From: Leptolyngbyaceae cyanobacterium
GTDB lineage: Bacteria > Cyanobacteriota > Cyanobacteriia > Phormidesmidales > Phormidesmidaceae
Direction of reading: 5' to 3'
Length of the DNA: 64,000 bases
Assembly: GCA_965263355.1 (NCBI GenBank)
Contig: CBDHHL010000056.1
Location: 64,001 to 128,000, forward strand
The notes under the pieces were generated by a model. That model saw nothing but the letters and a program-made list of their open reading frames with translations. It searched no databases and was not told the DNA's origin. Shown here piece by piece: positions 20,121-31,039 of the stretch (position 1 is the first letter of the stretch; every line of letters starts with the position of its first letter). A program made the translations under genes and the position numbers.

Positions 20121-20554
20121 TAGTCACAGCAGGTGAGTTTTGCTTCCAGTTGACTTACCCAGCTATCCCCAACGTTGGACACAGTATCCAAATTTGCTAG
20201 AAAGGGATCCCCAGCCCTCTGAACAGACTGGCCTAAGGTTTTGGCTATCTGAGCATCAGGATTTTGCTCTCGATAGATAATGGCAATCTGCTTTTTCCGG
20301 TTTATGGCCCTTTCTAGTGGGCCTCTTATATCCCGTTTGCCAAAGTCTTCGTACGACGCTTTGGAAAAAAAATTCCAAAGCTTAAAACCGACATTCTTTT
20401 CGATATGCTCTGGTTTAAAGGGATAAATTTCCCGATAGGTCCGACCTTCCCAAGATCCTATAAAAACCTTACGTTCCAGATCATTAAGATGTTTTCCAGT
20501 TTTAGTGTAGACCAACTGGTCAACAAACTCTAACGCTGCATCTGCATCCATCAT
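20120..20554 (-). pseudogene. Truncated HTH + TIR-like N-terminus of an AAA/NTPase-type signalling protein
   Basis: MDADAALEFVDQLVYTKTGKHLNDLE...SWEGRTY HTH, then IAIIY...WVSQLEAKLTCCDY TIR-like start. Beyond ~20120 the ORF is antisense IS66 sequence. Confidence 0.65.
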
Positions 20555-20928
20555 AAAACTGTTGCTAAATATGGGGCCGATAGCACATGGGGCTAATTCT
20601 GGGCGAGGTATAAAGTTCTGACAAAGCTAAAGTCTAGATTTCCGGAGTTTTGCTGAGGTTTTATGAGGTTTATATGAAGCGGGCCTTTGAGCAACATTCC
20701 TAATGCTTAGCAAATTTTTCCGTAGATTGTGAGCTTTCCTGGTTACGTTTTAAGTGTTCACCCCAGATACTAATCACACAGGAACAGTCAGAACCGGATA
20801 GTGAACATCAGCATTAATTCGGACTTTGGCTAGCTACTTCTTTAGCTAGATCTGTTTGAGGGGTGACTCACCCCCAGCCTTAATCAATGATTTCGGCCAA
20901 ACTAGAGGTCTACCCAATCGTTGTTAGC

Positions 20929-20953
20929 CATGTACTAATTTATTTAGTACATG
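20929..20953. promoter_or_regulatory. Perfect inverted repeat in a divergent intergenic region (operator or hairpin)
   Basis: CATGTACTAA-TTTAT-TTAGTACATG. Confidence 0.4.
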
Positions 20954-21316
20954 TGCAACCGTCAATTTTAGAATGACGAACACTGCTCACAAGATGCTTG
21001 GTCCAAGTTTAACCCACTTGCTACTAGACCATCCATTGAAATGGCAATAGACCAAAACCTCGTTCATGCCAGTTTTTCTACGAAAAAACAACTGTTCTGG
21101 ATATGGACAAGGGGTAGTCAGTAGTCAGGATGACGACATCACTATCATTTGTACAAAGAAATGCCAATGTTAAGAGCAAATATATCTGTCGAAACAAGTA
21201 AGATTGACATTAAGATCGAAACGGGTAGCTTAGATAAAACGTATTGCTCACCTCTAGCGCATACTTTCCCATCCACAAGCTCTTTAATCTGCCATCGCGT
21301 TCCACGGACCTTCAAA

Positions 21317-22222
21317 GTGCTATATCCTTCCACATCAATAAAGCAAGCTTGTGTGAATCAGCTGCACGAGAAATACATTCAGATGCTGGGTAAACCGTTG
21401 GGCTATCCGTCTGCCCAACCCAACCCTCAATTCCAGCCTGACTATGGTGTTTTACTCAGCACGTTTGCGGCTCAAGTGTTAGATAAAATCAGTGCTAGCA
21501 CAGCACTTTATCACAACGTTGAGCACACCATTTTAGTTTGCTTGGTGGGGCAGGAAATCTTACACGGCAAACATCAGCTGGAGGGCAGTATTACCTGCGA
21601 GGACTGGCTCAACTTTATGGTATCTCTACTCTGCCATGATATTGGCTATGTCAGTGGTGTTTGCCAACAGGATGATGTGTCCCAGCGACGCTATGTACAG
21701 GGTCAAATGTCTGCAGGTCAGGCACCGGAAACGGCTTGGGTCACGTTACCTCCTGGCACAACTGACGCCAGTTTGATGCCGTACCATGTTAATCGCAGTA
21801 AGCTCTTTGTCCAGGAAAACTTTAGTCAGTATGACGTTTTAGATCTAGAGGCGATTCAGCGAAACATTGCCTTTACTCAATTTCCCATACCGGAAGATCC
21901 AACCTACCGGGTCACCCATCACTACCCTGGGCTGACCCGAGCGGCTGACCTGATTGGTCAGTTGAGTGATCCACATTATTTGCAAAAAACCGTAGCCCTG
22001 TTTTACGAGTTTGAGGAAGTCGGTACTAACCGCGAGCTGGGCTATCGCTCCCCTGACGATCTGAAATTAGGCTTTCCCAAGTTTTATCGCACTCAGGTTT
22101 ATCCGTATATTCAACCTGCCCTGACCTATTTGCAAGCCACCCCCCTAGGGCAGCAGATTGTAGAAAATCTGGAGGCTAATGTAGAGGCTGTTGTCAGTAA
22201 CGAACCAGCCCTATCTAGATGA
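21317..22222 (+). CDS. HD-domain metal-dependent phosphohydrolase (Npun_R2479-like)
   Basis: YHNVEHT, LLCHDIGY, YHVNRS and RAADLIGQL. GTG 21317 is preferred over the track start 21149 on recalled family N-terminus. Confidence 0.85.
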   Translation: MLYPSTSIKQACVNQLHEKYIQMLGKPLGYPSAQPNPQFQPDYGVLLSTFAAQVLDKISASTALYHNVEHTILVCLVGQEILHGKHQLEGSITCEDWLNFMVSLLCHDIGYVSGVCQQDDVSQRRYVQGQMSAGQAPETAWVTLPPGTTDASLMPYHVNRSKLFVQENFSQYDVLDLEAIQRNIAFTQFPIPEDPTYRVTHHYPGLTRAADLIGQLSDPHYLQKTVALFYEFEEVGTNRELGYRSPDDLKLGFPKFYRTQVYPYIQPALTYLQATPLGQQIVENLEANVEAVVSNEPALSR

Positions 22223-22832
22223 CGCAGACGTTTTCAATCTATTCGCAAAACTTACATCTGGTTGTACTCAGTCTAGTCTCAAGAACTTCGATATGGAGAT
22301 TACACTGATGACATCCTTATCTTGTAATCAGTCTCTCTTAAATATTGGCATACAAAAAGTTTCTAAAACTCAGATCTTGCACCTGTCCAAGAAGCATTAA
22401 CCCGCCTTGGACTCAAAGTCACAAGGCTAATTGAATCAAAACCTATTAGAAGGTGTTAGTAGCCTGTAGGCGATCCTAACTAGGATGAATGGTTTTGTCG
22501 CTTTAGCAAACAGTAATCAATTAGCGCCCGGTTTCGAACCGGACGTGGGTTTGAGCCTTATAACTGATCTGAGTGCACGATCTCAATAAAACAATCTTTC
22601 AATCTTCTAAAACAGTCTTTCAACCATGGTCATACCTTACCCTTTAAGATTCTATTGAGGGTAAGCATCCCAGGTGGTAAGTGGGCGATGAACTTGGTTG
22701 CTATGACTTACGGATAAGTCAATAGAATAACTTACAGCTACTTACAGGTAAGGCAGCGGAGTGTAACATTATCTACAGGACTTTTTAACTTATTAAGTAA
22801 GCCTTATTCAGCTTTATCTGTATCTATTAAAA

Positions 22833-24821
22833 ATGTTAGCGATCTTTCCTGTAGCGAGTCTTATTTTATTAGCGCTGATCGGCTCAAAGCTTTTTGATTA
22901 CAAACGAGAAGCGCTGTTAGCGGCATTAATGGCATGGGCTGTTATTGTCACAGCTTTAACCGAGATTCTGAGCCTCGTTAGGGGATTCAATTTTATTCTT
23001 TTAACGCTGGCTTGGATATTAATAACAGCGGGTCTAGCTTTTTTTCTATGGCGGGCCTATGGCTCCAGGTTAATCAAAACAGCCCCCCGGTATTGGCTAA
23101 GCCCCTATGGGTTTATTAGTTTGCCAGTTCCCCTCAAACTTTCGACGGTGGGGATGACCCTGGCCCTTTTGGCCATCGGTGTTACTGCTGTGGTGGCGGC
23201 TCCAAACCACTCTGACTCCATGGAGTATCACCTCAGTCGGATTATGCACTGGATGCAGCATGGTAGTGTTGCTCACTATCCTAGCCATAATACATTTCAG
23301 CTGTATCAAAACCCATGGTCTGAGTTTGCGATCGCACACTTCCAACTCCTCACCCACAGCGACCGACTCAGTAACTGTATCCAGTGGGTCAGCATGATCG
23401 GCTCCATGGCAGGTATCTCCCTGATTGCCAAAGAACTCGGCGCAAACCGTAGCGGTCAGATTCTGGCCGCCATTTTTGCTGGCACCATGCCCATGGCTAT
23501 ACTACAGGGCTCTAGCACCAACAACGACCACGTAGTCGCCCTATGGATCGTCTGTTTTGTCTACTTTGCCCTGGTGACTATGGCACAAGGTCTGAGCCCC
23601 ATGCTGATCACCTGTCTGGGCACTAGCCTGGGGTTAGCAATTTTAAGTAAAGGGACCGCCTATATCTATGCCTTTCCCTTTTGCATCTGGCTATTGGTCT
23701 GGGGCATCGTGCATCTAAGATGGCGCATAGTCAAGCCCATGCTTGGATTACTCGCCATTGCCATCGCCATCAATGGCGGCCATTATCTCCGTAACCTTGG
23801 CCTATTTGGCTCACCCCTGGGGTCACCGGGGGATGAAACCGGGGCCGCCATTGGTCTCACCTATTTAATTTCCAATATAGTGAGAAACCTGGCCCTCCAT
23901 GCTGACCTGGTTAGAAATCTGCACCTGGATGGCCTGATTACCCCTACCACCGGGCTGGTCGAAAAGGCCATTGTGATTTTACACAACATTTTAGGGATAG
24001 ATCCCAGCGATCCCCTCACCACCAGTGCTAAGCATCCCAGATTTTTTGTTCCCGGCCTTTCATTTAATGAGGATAAAGCAGGCAATCCCCTACATTTGGC
24101 CATAATTCTGATTACCTCTGGGTTATTGCTGGTGAATGGTCGTCTGCGACAACGGCGACGTTTATTTCTCTACTGGTTAACCACCACCAGTAGTTTTATT
24201 CTCTTTTGCCAGTTGCTTACCTGGTCTACCTCTCGCTGTCGTCTACACTTGCCTATTTTTATTCTCTTTGCAGCCCTGGTGGGGACTGTCATTGGCAACA
24301 CCCTCAATCGTAATGTGGTTAATACTCTCACCGTTTTTTTAGTATTACTGTCGTTTCAGTGGGTATTTAATAACGAAATTCGACCGCTTACGGGTGAAAA
24401 CAATATCTTTTCCACACCCCGCTCTAGTCAATACTTTATGACCCAACCGGTCCTGGAAACAATTTATACAAATGCGGCTAACGAGATCAACAACCAAAGC
24501 TGTACCACTATTGGTATGATGTATGACAACATTTCCTTTGAATATCCCTATTGGTTATTGCTAAATGCACCTCGACGCAACTTTAAACTTCAACATATTG
24601 GTGTTACCAATGATTCTCGGATATTAGAAACAAGGCCTCGCTATCGTCAGTTTGACCCTTGTTTGGTCTTAAAAACAACGTCCCACAATTCAGAGACTCC
24701 CCTGGCAACCGAGCTAACAATCGGGGAACAACGCTACCAAGAGATCTGGCAACAAAGCGACCCAAAACTAAAGTCTATAAAATCAGTGCAGTTATTTCTC
24801 CCTGACTCCCCTGTCAACTGA
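22833..24821 (+). CDS. Multi-TM GT-C glycosyltransferase (PMT/GT39-like)
   Basis: PNHSDSMEYHL luminal acidic motif, STNNDH, many TM helices, RLHLP and FEYPYW. Confidence 0.8.
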   Translation: MLAIFPVASLILLALIGSKLFDYKREALLAALMAWAVIVTALTEILSLVRGFNFILLTLAWILITAGLAFFLWRAYGSRLIKTAPRYWLSPYGFISLPVPLKLSTVGMTLALLAIGVTAVVAAPNHSDSMEYHLSRIMHWMQHGSVAHYPSHNTFQLYQNPWSEFAIAHFQLLTHSDRLSNCIQWVSMIGSMAGISLIAKELGANRSGQILAAIFAGTMPMAILQGSSTNNDHVVALWIVCFVYFALVTMAQGLSPMLITCLGTSLGLAILSKGTAYIYAFPFCIWLLVWGIVHLRWRIVKPMLGLLAIAIAINGGHYLRNLGLFGSPLGSPGDETGAAIGLTYLISNIVRNLALHADLVRNLHLDGLITPTTGLVEKAIVILHNILGIDPSDPLTTSAKHPRFFVPGLSFNEDKAGNPLHLAIILITSGLLLVNGRLRQRRRLFLYWLTTTSSFILFCQLLTWSTSRCRLHLPIFILFAALVGTVIGNTLNRNVVNTLTVFLVLLSFQWVFNNEIRPLTGENNIFSTPRSSQYFMTQPVLETIYTNAANEINNQSCTTIGMMYDNISFEYPYWLLLNAPRRNFKLQHIGVTNDSRILETRPRYRQFDPCLVLKTTSHNSETPLATELTIGEQRYQEIWQQSDPKLKSIKSVQLFLPDSPVN

Positions 24822-25661
24822 TTGACACAGGTCTATTAATGCGGTCTGACAGTCGTGGTGGATCTGTTTAGCTCGGTCTATTAATTCTGTGGGAAATGAT
24901 TGGGTAAGCTGGCGTTGCGATCGCACAATTTTGCCTGCCTTAATTTTTCCCTTGGAGTCACCCACCCCTTTCATGCCAGTAGTTTTTAGCACCTTATACT
25001 CCTCAGTAAACGGGGCCTGGGTCTGTAGGAACCGCTGCAATGTTGTTAGCACCTGTGGTGTATCATCTAGCAGTTGCTCGTAGGTAACCACCAGCATCCG
25101 CTGGGGATTGTTGATCAATCGAGCATAGTCCACCAGCATCGCCATCCGCCCAGCGTAGTATTCAATTGTATCTTGCTGCTTCCAATGGGGTTTAAGGTCC
25201 GCAATACTGGCGAGACTGCGTTCTGGCTCGCGCAACAAAAAGATGGCATAGACCTGATTAGACGTAAGAAAATTGTGGTTTAAGAACTTTTTGTTATGCA
25301 GCACCTTATCCATCACGTATTGATGGTGCATGCGTAAATTTTGCACATCCCCCAGGGTACGAAAATCTTGAGCTTGCCAGTACACCTTTTTGAGTAACTC
25401 CCTAAAGTCGCTGGCATCGGTATAGTTGGTGTGGGTTTCACCGTAGCCGATCACCTCAGGATTTGTGGTGAGTAGATGGGTGAGTAGCGACGACCCAGAC
25501 CGCATATGGCTTAGCAGTAGCAAAAATCGATAGGGTTTGGCCCGAAATGCCACCTTGTAAGGCTGATTTGCTGACTCAATGCGATAGCTAAAGTACTTTT
25601 GCACTAAATCATTTTTAGATTCGCGAACCCGCTGTCGCCACTGACCTAATACTGACCCCAT
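24792..25661 (-). CDS. Sulfotransferase family protein
   Basis: 5'-PSB loop HMRSGSSLL, 3'-PB LLREPERSLAS and TYEQL. Confidence 0.85.
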   Translation of the reverse strand: MGSVLGQWRQRVRESKNDLVQKYFSYRIESANQPYKVAFRAKPYRFLLLLSHMRSGSSLLTHLLTTNPEVIGYGETHTNYTDASDFRELLKKVYWQAQDFRTLGDVQNLRMHHQYVMDKVLHNKKFLNHNFLTSNQVYAIFLLREPERSLASIADLKPHWKQQDTIEYYAGRMAMLVDYARLINNPQRMLVVTYEQLLDDTPQVLTTLQRFLQTQAPFTEEYKVLKTTGMKGVGDSKGKIKAGKIVRSQRQLTQSFPTELIDRAKQIHHDCQTALIDLCQSVDRGVREK

Positions 25662-25789
25662 AGGTATTACTAATAAAATTAAAAAATTAAATACGCTAGC
25701 TATACGTTACCCCATGGTATCTGGCAGAGAACAGAAACGTTCCCTATTCCCTGTGGGAAGGCTATGCCAACGACTTCGCTCAGGGAGCA

Positions 25790-26560
25790 TCACTCTGAGA
25801 CTAGTACGATAGCACCATTCTGCAATTGAGGGGAGGCCGCATCCTCTACGGTAATCGCCATTTTGGCAACTGCCCCAGGACGACGATGCACGGCAGGAAT
25901 AGTGAGCTTTGTGCCCACATCGCCTTGGGCATTAACTCGAAAAACATCTGCTAAAATTGCCCCATTATCGTTGGTGGTAACCGGCACAGTCTGCTCAGGT
26001 AATGTCCATACTGCATAGACTTTGTCAGCTGGCAACGGGATAAGCTTTTGAGCCGTTAGTTCAGCCTCCAAGGTAGTGGGGTTGATGACAATTGAAGCTG
26101 TCCCTGGATCAGTGGGTTCTGGACTGGCTAGAGAATAGGTTAATAGCTCAGCATTTCCTACATTCAACTGGGATGAATTTGCCCGTTCTGCGGTCAAGTC
26201 TTGCCGCAGGCGATAGTTGTTAACCCCTAAAGCAACAACCAGGACAGCTGCGATCGCATTGCCCACCAGGGGCCAAGAAAAACGCCTATTACGTAGTGAC
26301 GTAGGAGCAGAAAGCCTTTGGGGCTTAGTAGGACGCTGGCTAGACTCTAAAACCCTTGAACGCAGTGTCGGAGGAGGCGTTACCTCGGTAATGTCTTGGG
26401 CAAATTCTGAGGCATCCTGCAAGTCAGCAACGTCTTCTAACAGTGAGGGATTCTCCTCAATCAGACGGGTCAATTCCGCAGCTTCATCAGAACTGAGATT
26501 GCCAAGCACGTAGCCCGCGACCAATAGTTGTATTCGTTCTGAAGGCGTTATCTGACTCAT
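25790..26560 (-). CDS. Anti-sigma factor (RskA-like)
   Basis: AGYVLGNL N-terminus, PPPTLRSRVL, one TM, C-terminal YAVW and AITVE; overlaps the sigma stop codon. Confidence 0.85.
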   Translation of the reverse strand: MSQITPSERIQLLVAGYVLGNLSSDEAAELTRLIEENPSLLEDVADLQDASEFAQDITEVTPPPTLRSRVLESSQRPTKPQRLSAPTSLRNRRFSWPLVGNAIAAVLVVALGVNNYRLRQDLTAERANSSQLNVGNAELLTYSLASPEPTDPGTASIVINPTTLEAELTAQKLIPLPADKVYAVWTLPEQTVPVTTNDNGAILADVFRVNAQGDVGTKLTIPAVHRRPGAVAKMAITVEDAASPQLQNGAIVLVSE

Positions 26561-27159
26561 GGAAATTGACGTTCAGTCTCCTCTTTTAAAATTTGCCTTA
26601 GTCTTAATAGACCTCGTCGCGCTCTACCTTTAACCGTCGTTAACGGTATGTTTAATCGTTTAGCGATATTGGGTTGACTGACACCCTCGTAATATATAAG
26701 TTTAAGCACCTGCTGTTGATTTTCTGGCAGTTGAGCTAAGGCATCATAAACTTCCTGGGATTGTTCGGATTGAAACAGATAGTCTAAAGGCAAATTATTA
26801 CTTGCATCCTGACGCTGCACCGGGTCTCGTTCTTGCAAAATTCGGGTTCGGTTTGTGCGCGATCTCAACCGATCAATTGCCCTGGAGCGAGTTAACACAG
26901 CGAGAAAGGTTCTGAGGGAGCTGCGCGTTGGATCATAGGACGAGGCCTTAGCTAAATGTAGGAAAATATCATGGGCTAAATCCTCGGCTTCTTGGGGATC
27001 GCACAAAGTCTTAAGGGCCACACCATACACTAATCCAGCATGGCGATCATACAAAGCCCCTAGCGCTGCCGTATTTCCCGCTTGTAACGCTAAGACGAGA
27101 TCTACATCTGACTGTGTCTGTAAAAAGTCTGCTTGAATGCTAGGGTCTTTAGAGGGCAT
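26557..27159 (-). CDS. ECF RNA polymerase sigma factor
   Basis: LYDRH, AEDLAHDIF and RSRAIDRLR; region 4 LPENQQQVL...IPLTTVKGR. Confidence 0.92.
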   Translation of the reverse strand: MPSKDPSIQADFLQTQSDVDLVLALQAGNTAALGALYDRHAGLVYGVALKTLCDPQEAEDLAHDIFLHLAKASSYDPTRSSLRTFLAVLTRSRAIDRLRSRTNRTRILQERDPVQRQDASNNLPLDYLFQSEQSQEVYDALAQLPENQQQVLKLIYYEGVSQPNIAKRLNIPLTTVKGRARRGLLRLRQILKEETERQFP

Positions 27160-27258
27160 AGCGCACCTAGTCTTTGGCCAGTGTCTTTGTTAAAACACTG
27201 CTGACAAAATCTTGCCAATACAGTTCGATATTCCTACACAAACCCATCAATTGGTGAA

Positions 27259-27323
27259 CAACTTTACAGAAAGTTAACACAATCAACAGTTTTAACTCAG
27301 TTTGTAAGTTTTCTGTAAAGTTG
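27259..27323. promoter_or_regulatory. 14-bp inverted repeat in the divergent sigma/PEP-CTERM promoter region
   Basis: CAACTTTACAGAAA (27259-27272) ... TTTCTGTAAAGTTG (27310-27323). Confidence 0.45.
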
Positions 27324-27460
27324 CCCTAAAAAAGTCTCCTTTGTAAACCCTCAGCCGTACCGAAACTGACAACTGCAGATCACAGTCGGTGCGCTAGCTC
27401 GGCAGGCCTGCTTCAGGCTGACATATTTCCTCTCCTTGAATTGGGATTTTAGTCACACAT

Positions 27461-28174
27461 ATGAACAAACTCAGATTTCCATGGCTAGCAATTGCTACAG
27501 GGCTCAGCCTCGCCTTAGTCGCTAAACCTGGCCATACAGCAACTTTTACAGAGGCTCAAGATACAGGCGAGAACCTGAATACTGCTGTTTCAATAACATC
27601 AGAACAGACATCTCCCCTGGAATCGATCTCAGGTTTACTCTCAGGAGATGCGGATCTGTTTCAAATTTTTCTGACCGGTGGTCAACAGTTTTCTGCGACC
27701 ACCATCAATGCTGATACGCTGTTGGGTCTACCCATTGATACGGCATTAGGCATTCCTAACGATTTACTAGGGGACCCACAATTATTTCTATTTGATGCTT
27801 TTGGTAATGGGGTTTACGCCAATGATGACAGCTTGGGGTCATCCCAAGCAACCTTACCATCCCTAAGCTTATCCCCCGTTGAGTCTGGCATTTATTTCCT
27901 AGGTATCTCTGGTTTTGGCCTCAATCCAATTAGTGCCGGGGGAGACATTTTTCCTGATGATCCTGACGTTGTTGGTCCTACGGGTCCAGGCGGTGACGCG
28001 CCTCTAATTGGCTTTGCTGGTGAAAGCACTAGTCGTGGGCGCTACACCATTACCCTGACAGGTGCCCAAACCATAGCAGCGCCAGTACCTGAACCGACAT
28101 CGGTATTGAGCCTATTGGCCTTGACCTGCCTAGGTTTATTTTCTCGCATGCGTAAAACACTTATAAAACTTTAA
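27461..28174 (+). CDS. PEP-CTERM exported protein (PPC/DVUA0089-like domain)
   Basis: Signal peptide, DPQLFLFD...ANDD, C-terminal VPEPTS + TM + basic tail. Confidence 0.88.
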   Translation: MNKLRFPWLAIATGLSLALVAKPGHTATFTEAQDTGENLNTAVSITSEQTSPLESISGLLSGDADLFQIFLTGGQQFSATTINADTLLGLPIDTALGIPNDLLGDPQLFLFDAFGNGVYANDDSLGSSQATLPSLSLSPVESGIYFLGISGFGLNPISAGGDIFPDDPDVVGPTGPGGDAPLIGFAGESTSRGRYTITLTGAQTIAAPVPEPTSVLSLLALTCLGLFSRMRKTLIKL

Positions 28175-28187
28175 GGAGACATTAAAT

Positions 28188-29420
28188 ATGTGGAATAGTT
28201 TGACACGATTCACGGCATCGTTGAAAAAGACAATCGGTTTAACCAGTGTGTTATTGGGGTTGACGCTGCTTGGTGGAACCGTCTATGTGCATGCATCTGA
28301 CCACGATGACGGTGAAACAGAAATCAAGGGACGCAACCTAAATCTGACTGATTTATATGTGTTTCGGGAAAGCGATCAGAATCCCACTGCCTCGCCTGGA
28401 AATTTGGTTTTTATTATGAATTCCAATCCCCGTTCCCTGGCACGACAGCAATATTATTTCAGTACCCGAGCCCGCTACGAATTTAAGGTATCCCAGGTTG
28501 ACAATAACAATGCTACCCCTACCGGGAAGGCCGATGTTACCCTCCGCTTTGAGTTTGATCCCCCTGATGCCTCGAATCAACAAGAATTTACGGTGACGGC
28601 CATCAAAAATGGCCGCACTATGACGGCTAAGGGACAAACCACTCCCATCAGTGATGAACCGTTAGTCAATAATGTCTCTTTGGGCAATTCAAGTCTCAAG
28701 GTATTTGCGGGTCTACGGGAAGATCCCTTTTTCTTCGACGTTGAGCAATTCTTCCGGGTACGCGCAGGTGCACTCGGTATTGGTCCAGCCGTCGGCTTTC
28801 GGTCTCCTAGCGCGGCATTGGATTTTGCCCGTGGCTATAATGTTAATGCGATCGCACTCCAAGTCCCCATCTCCTTTTTACAAGGGTCCAGCGGAGCCAC
28901 CACATTCGACGTTTGGCAAACTGTTTCGCTCCCTGCTGGTAAGGGCAAGTTTAACCAGATAGAGCGATTGGGCCGCCCCGGTATTAACGAAGGATTAATT
29001 GTCACTAACGATTTTCTAAACACCTTAAACAGCGTCGGTCCCGATTTTGAAGCTGCTGCCCTAGCTGGGCAACAACCTGCAGCCAATGCCGCCGGTCCCA
29101 TTGTTGCAGAGGCTAAACAAACCCTACTGGCGTTAGGCAACAATGACAGCCGAGCAGATGCGCTACTGGGGGCATTTTTACCGGATGTCATGCGCATTGA
29201 CACCACCGGCCCCAGTGGTTATGCCAATGCGCTCAATTCGAGCGGTAGCCCAATTCGAGGCCGACTCCTTGAGGATGATGTTATTGATATTACCCTCTCT
29301 GTTTTAACAAACGGTGCGGTAACTAGCGACAATGTTTCCTATGCAGGCACACCGGGTAATCCGGCCACAGGCCATCAGCCATTAATTGAAGACTTTCCCT
29401 ATTTAGCGCCGCCTAACTAG
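28188..29420 (+). CDS. DUF4331 family secreted protein
   Basis: ASDHDD after the signal peptide, TDLYVF, FAGLREDPFFFD, RLGRPGIN, GRLLEDDVID and FPYLAPP. Confidence 0.88.
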   Translation: MWNSLTRFTASLKKTIGLTSVLLGLTLLGGTVYVHASDHDDGETEIKGRNLNLTDLYVFRESDQNPTASPGNLVFIMNSNPRSLARQQYYFSTRARYEFKVSQVDNNNATPTGKADVTLRFEFDPPDASNQQEFTVTAIKNGRTMTAKGQTTPISDEPLVNNVSLGNSSLKVFAGLREDPFFFDVEQFFRVRAGALGIGPAVGFRSPSAALDFARGYNVNAIALQVPISFLQGSSGATTFDVWQTVSLPAGKGKFNQIERLGRPGINEGLIVTNDFLNTLNSVGPDFEAAALAGQQPAANAAGPIVAEAKQTLLALGNNDSRADALLGAFLPDVMRIDTTGPSGYANALNSSGSPIRGRLLEDDVIDITLSVLTNGAVTSDNVSYAGTPGNPATGHQPLIEDFPYLAPPN

Positions 29421-29697
29421 GGCATGGTTGTCCCACCCCGGTAGGGGCATTGCATGCTACGAGATATGTGTACACGGTAGCCCTACCGGGGGAAACCACA
29501 GGGGTATTGCAAAATTGTGAATATCAGTCTGACCCATGTGTACACAGTCCTAGAACCCTTGGAAAAATATCGAGGATATCCCTAACCGCCTATTTGGTTA
29601 CCCGGCGAGGCGATTTAGAATTTTGCGCACTGCGACAAAATTCTAAAAAGAACAGTTATCCAAATTTCTGTTAGGCAAAATAGCCATAATCAAAACC

Positions 29698-31017
29698 ATG
29701 AGCTTAATCTTTAACAGACCCTTAGCCAACTGCTCAAGACTCTCTAGTCGTCCAGCGACGCTGTTACTTGCTGCATTACTGACCGTCCCTCTGGGAGGGT
29801 ACTTGCTAAAAGCATCAAGCTTACAACAAGAAACATATGCTTATCCCTTCTTGTCAAACAACAGCAATCAAGAAACGATAGAAAGACGTATTTCCTTCTA
29901 TCAAAACCGGGTTCAGCAAAATCCAGACGGGGGATTGGACCAGGCGTTTCTTGCCAACGCATATCTCAAAATGGCCCAGGCCAGGGATCATGAAGGTTGG
30001 TTGTTAAAGGCAGAACAAACTGCCCTGCAATCCCTTGAAAACCTGCCTTTCAACAATGACGGTGCGATTCTGGTTCTAGCTAAGATTGCCGAGGCTAACC
30101 ACAATTTTACAGAAGCGATTCGTCTGGCAGAACAGGCCTCTGGAGAAGAAGCCCTGGCCACGATTGTGACAGCTAAACTAGCCATGGGTCAAGGGCAGGA
30201 AGCGAATGCGATCGCAAATACCCTGGTGGACCTGAGTCCCTCCCTTGGCAGTCTCACGCTACGAGCATTGACCTGGGTCGCGCAGGGAGAGCATGACGTC
30301 GCTCTGCAAGACTTTCAGCAGGCAATCTCAGCAGAAGAACCGTCGGAAGAAAGGGGATCTGCCTGGGTCAGAACTCTGCTGGGAGATTTTTATTTTAAGC
30401 AGGGGCATCCCACTCTAGCGAAAGCGCTTTATCAAGAGGCGTTACAAATTGTTCCAGATTATCCACTAGCGCTCTTGCATCTGGCCGAACTTGAAACCCA
30501 GCAAGGACACTTCCGACTGGCTCAACGGTATTACTCTCAGATGGGCTATGATCCAGTCGCACTCCACGGGATTGCTCGCATTAAAGAACTTCAGGGACAA
30601 GCGGCGGAACAATCGTGGCAAGTGGCTGAAGCAACCATGCGCCACCAGCTCGATCACCACACATCGGGGCATCGTCGTGACCTGGCTCATTTGCTGTTAG
30701 AACGAGGTAATCCAGGCGATATACCAGAAGCAATTTCCCTGATGCAGGCTGAGGCCAATACCCGACAAGATGCTGATACCCTGGCTCTGCTGGCTTGGGC
30801 GCTCTCTAGAGAAAATCGTTGGCAAGAAGCCCAACAAACGATCCAAACGGCTCTGGCGTTAGGCGTTCAGGATGCCAGCCTATTCTATCGAGCAGGCACA
30901 ATTGAAGCTGCTTTAGACAACTCAACTCAAGCTGAACAATACTTTCGTCTGGCCCAGGAAACAAATCCATTGTTCAACAAACAAACGTATCAAAGACTCG
31001 GATTCGTGGCTCACTAA
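29698..31017 (+). CDS. Tetratricopeptide repeat protein
   Basis: N-terminal TM/signal followed by TPR-like helical repeats. Confidence 0.85.
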   Translation: MSLIFNRPLANCSRLSSRPATLLLAALLTVPLGGYLLKASSLQQETYAYPFLSNNSNQETIERRISFYQNRVQQNPDGGLDQAFLANAYLKMAQARDHEGWLLKAEQTALQSLENLPFNNDGAILVLAKIAEANHNFTEAIRLAEQASGEEALATIVTAKLAMGQGQEANAIANTLVDLSPSLGSLTLRALTWVAQGEHDVALQDFQQAISAEEPSEERGSAWVRTLLGDFYFKQGHPTLAKALYQEALQIVPDYPLALLHLAELETQQGHFRLAQRYYSQMGYDPVALHGIARIKELQGQAAEQSWQVAEATMRHQLDHHTSGHRRDLAHLLLERGNPGDIPEAISLMQAEANTRQDADTLALLAWALSRENRWQEAQQTIQTALALGVQDASLFYRAGTIEAALDNSTQAEQYFRLAQETNPLFNKQTYQRLGFVAH

Positions 31018-31039
31018 TTATCTCTACTGATCTACCACC

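Noticed and set aside
22525..22545. tRNA T-arm-like or c-di-GMP riboswitch-like hairpin (minus strand CCGG-TTCGAAA-CCGG)
   Set aside because: No acceptor, D or anticodon arms and no second riboswitch stem could be built.
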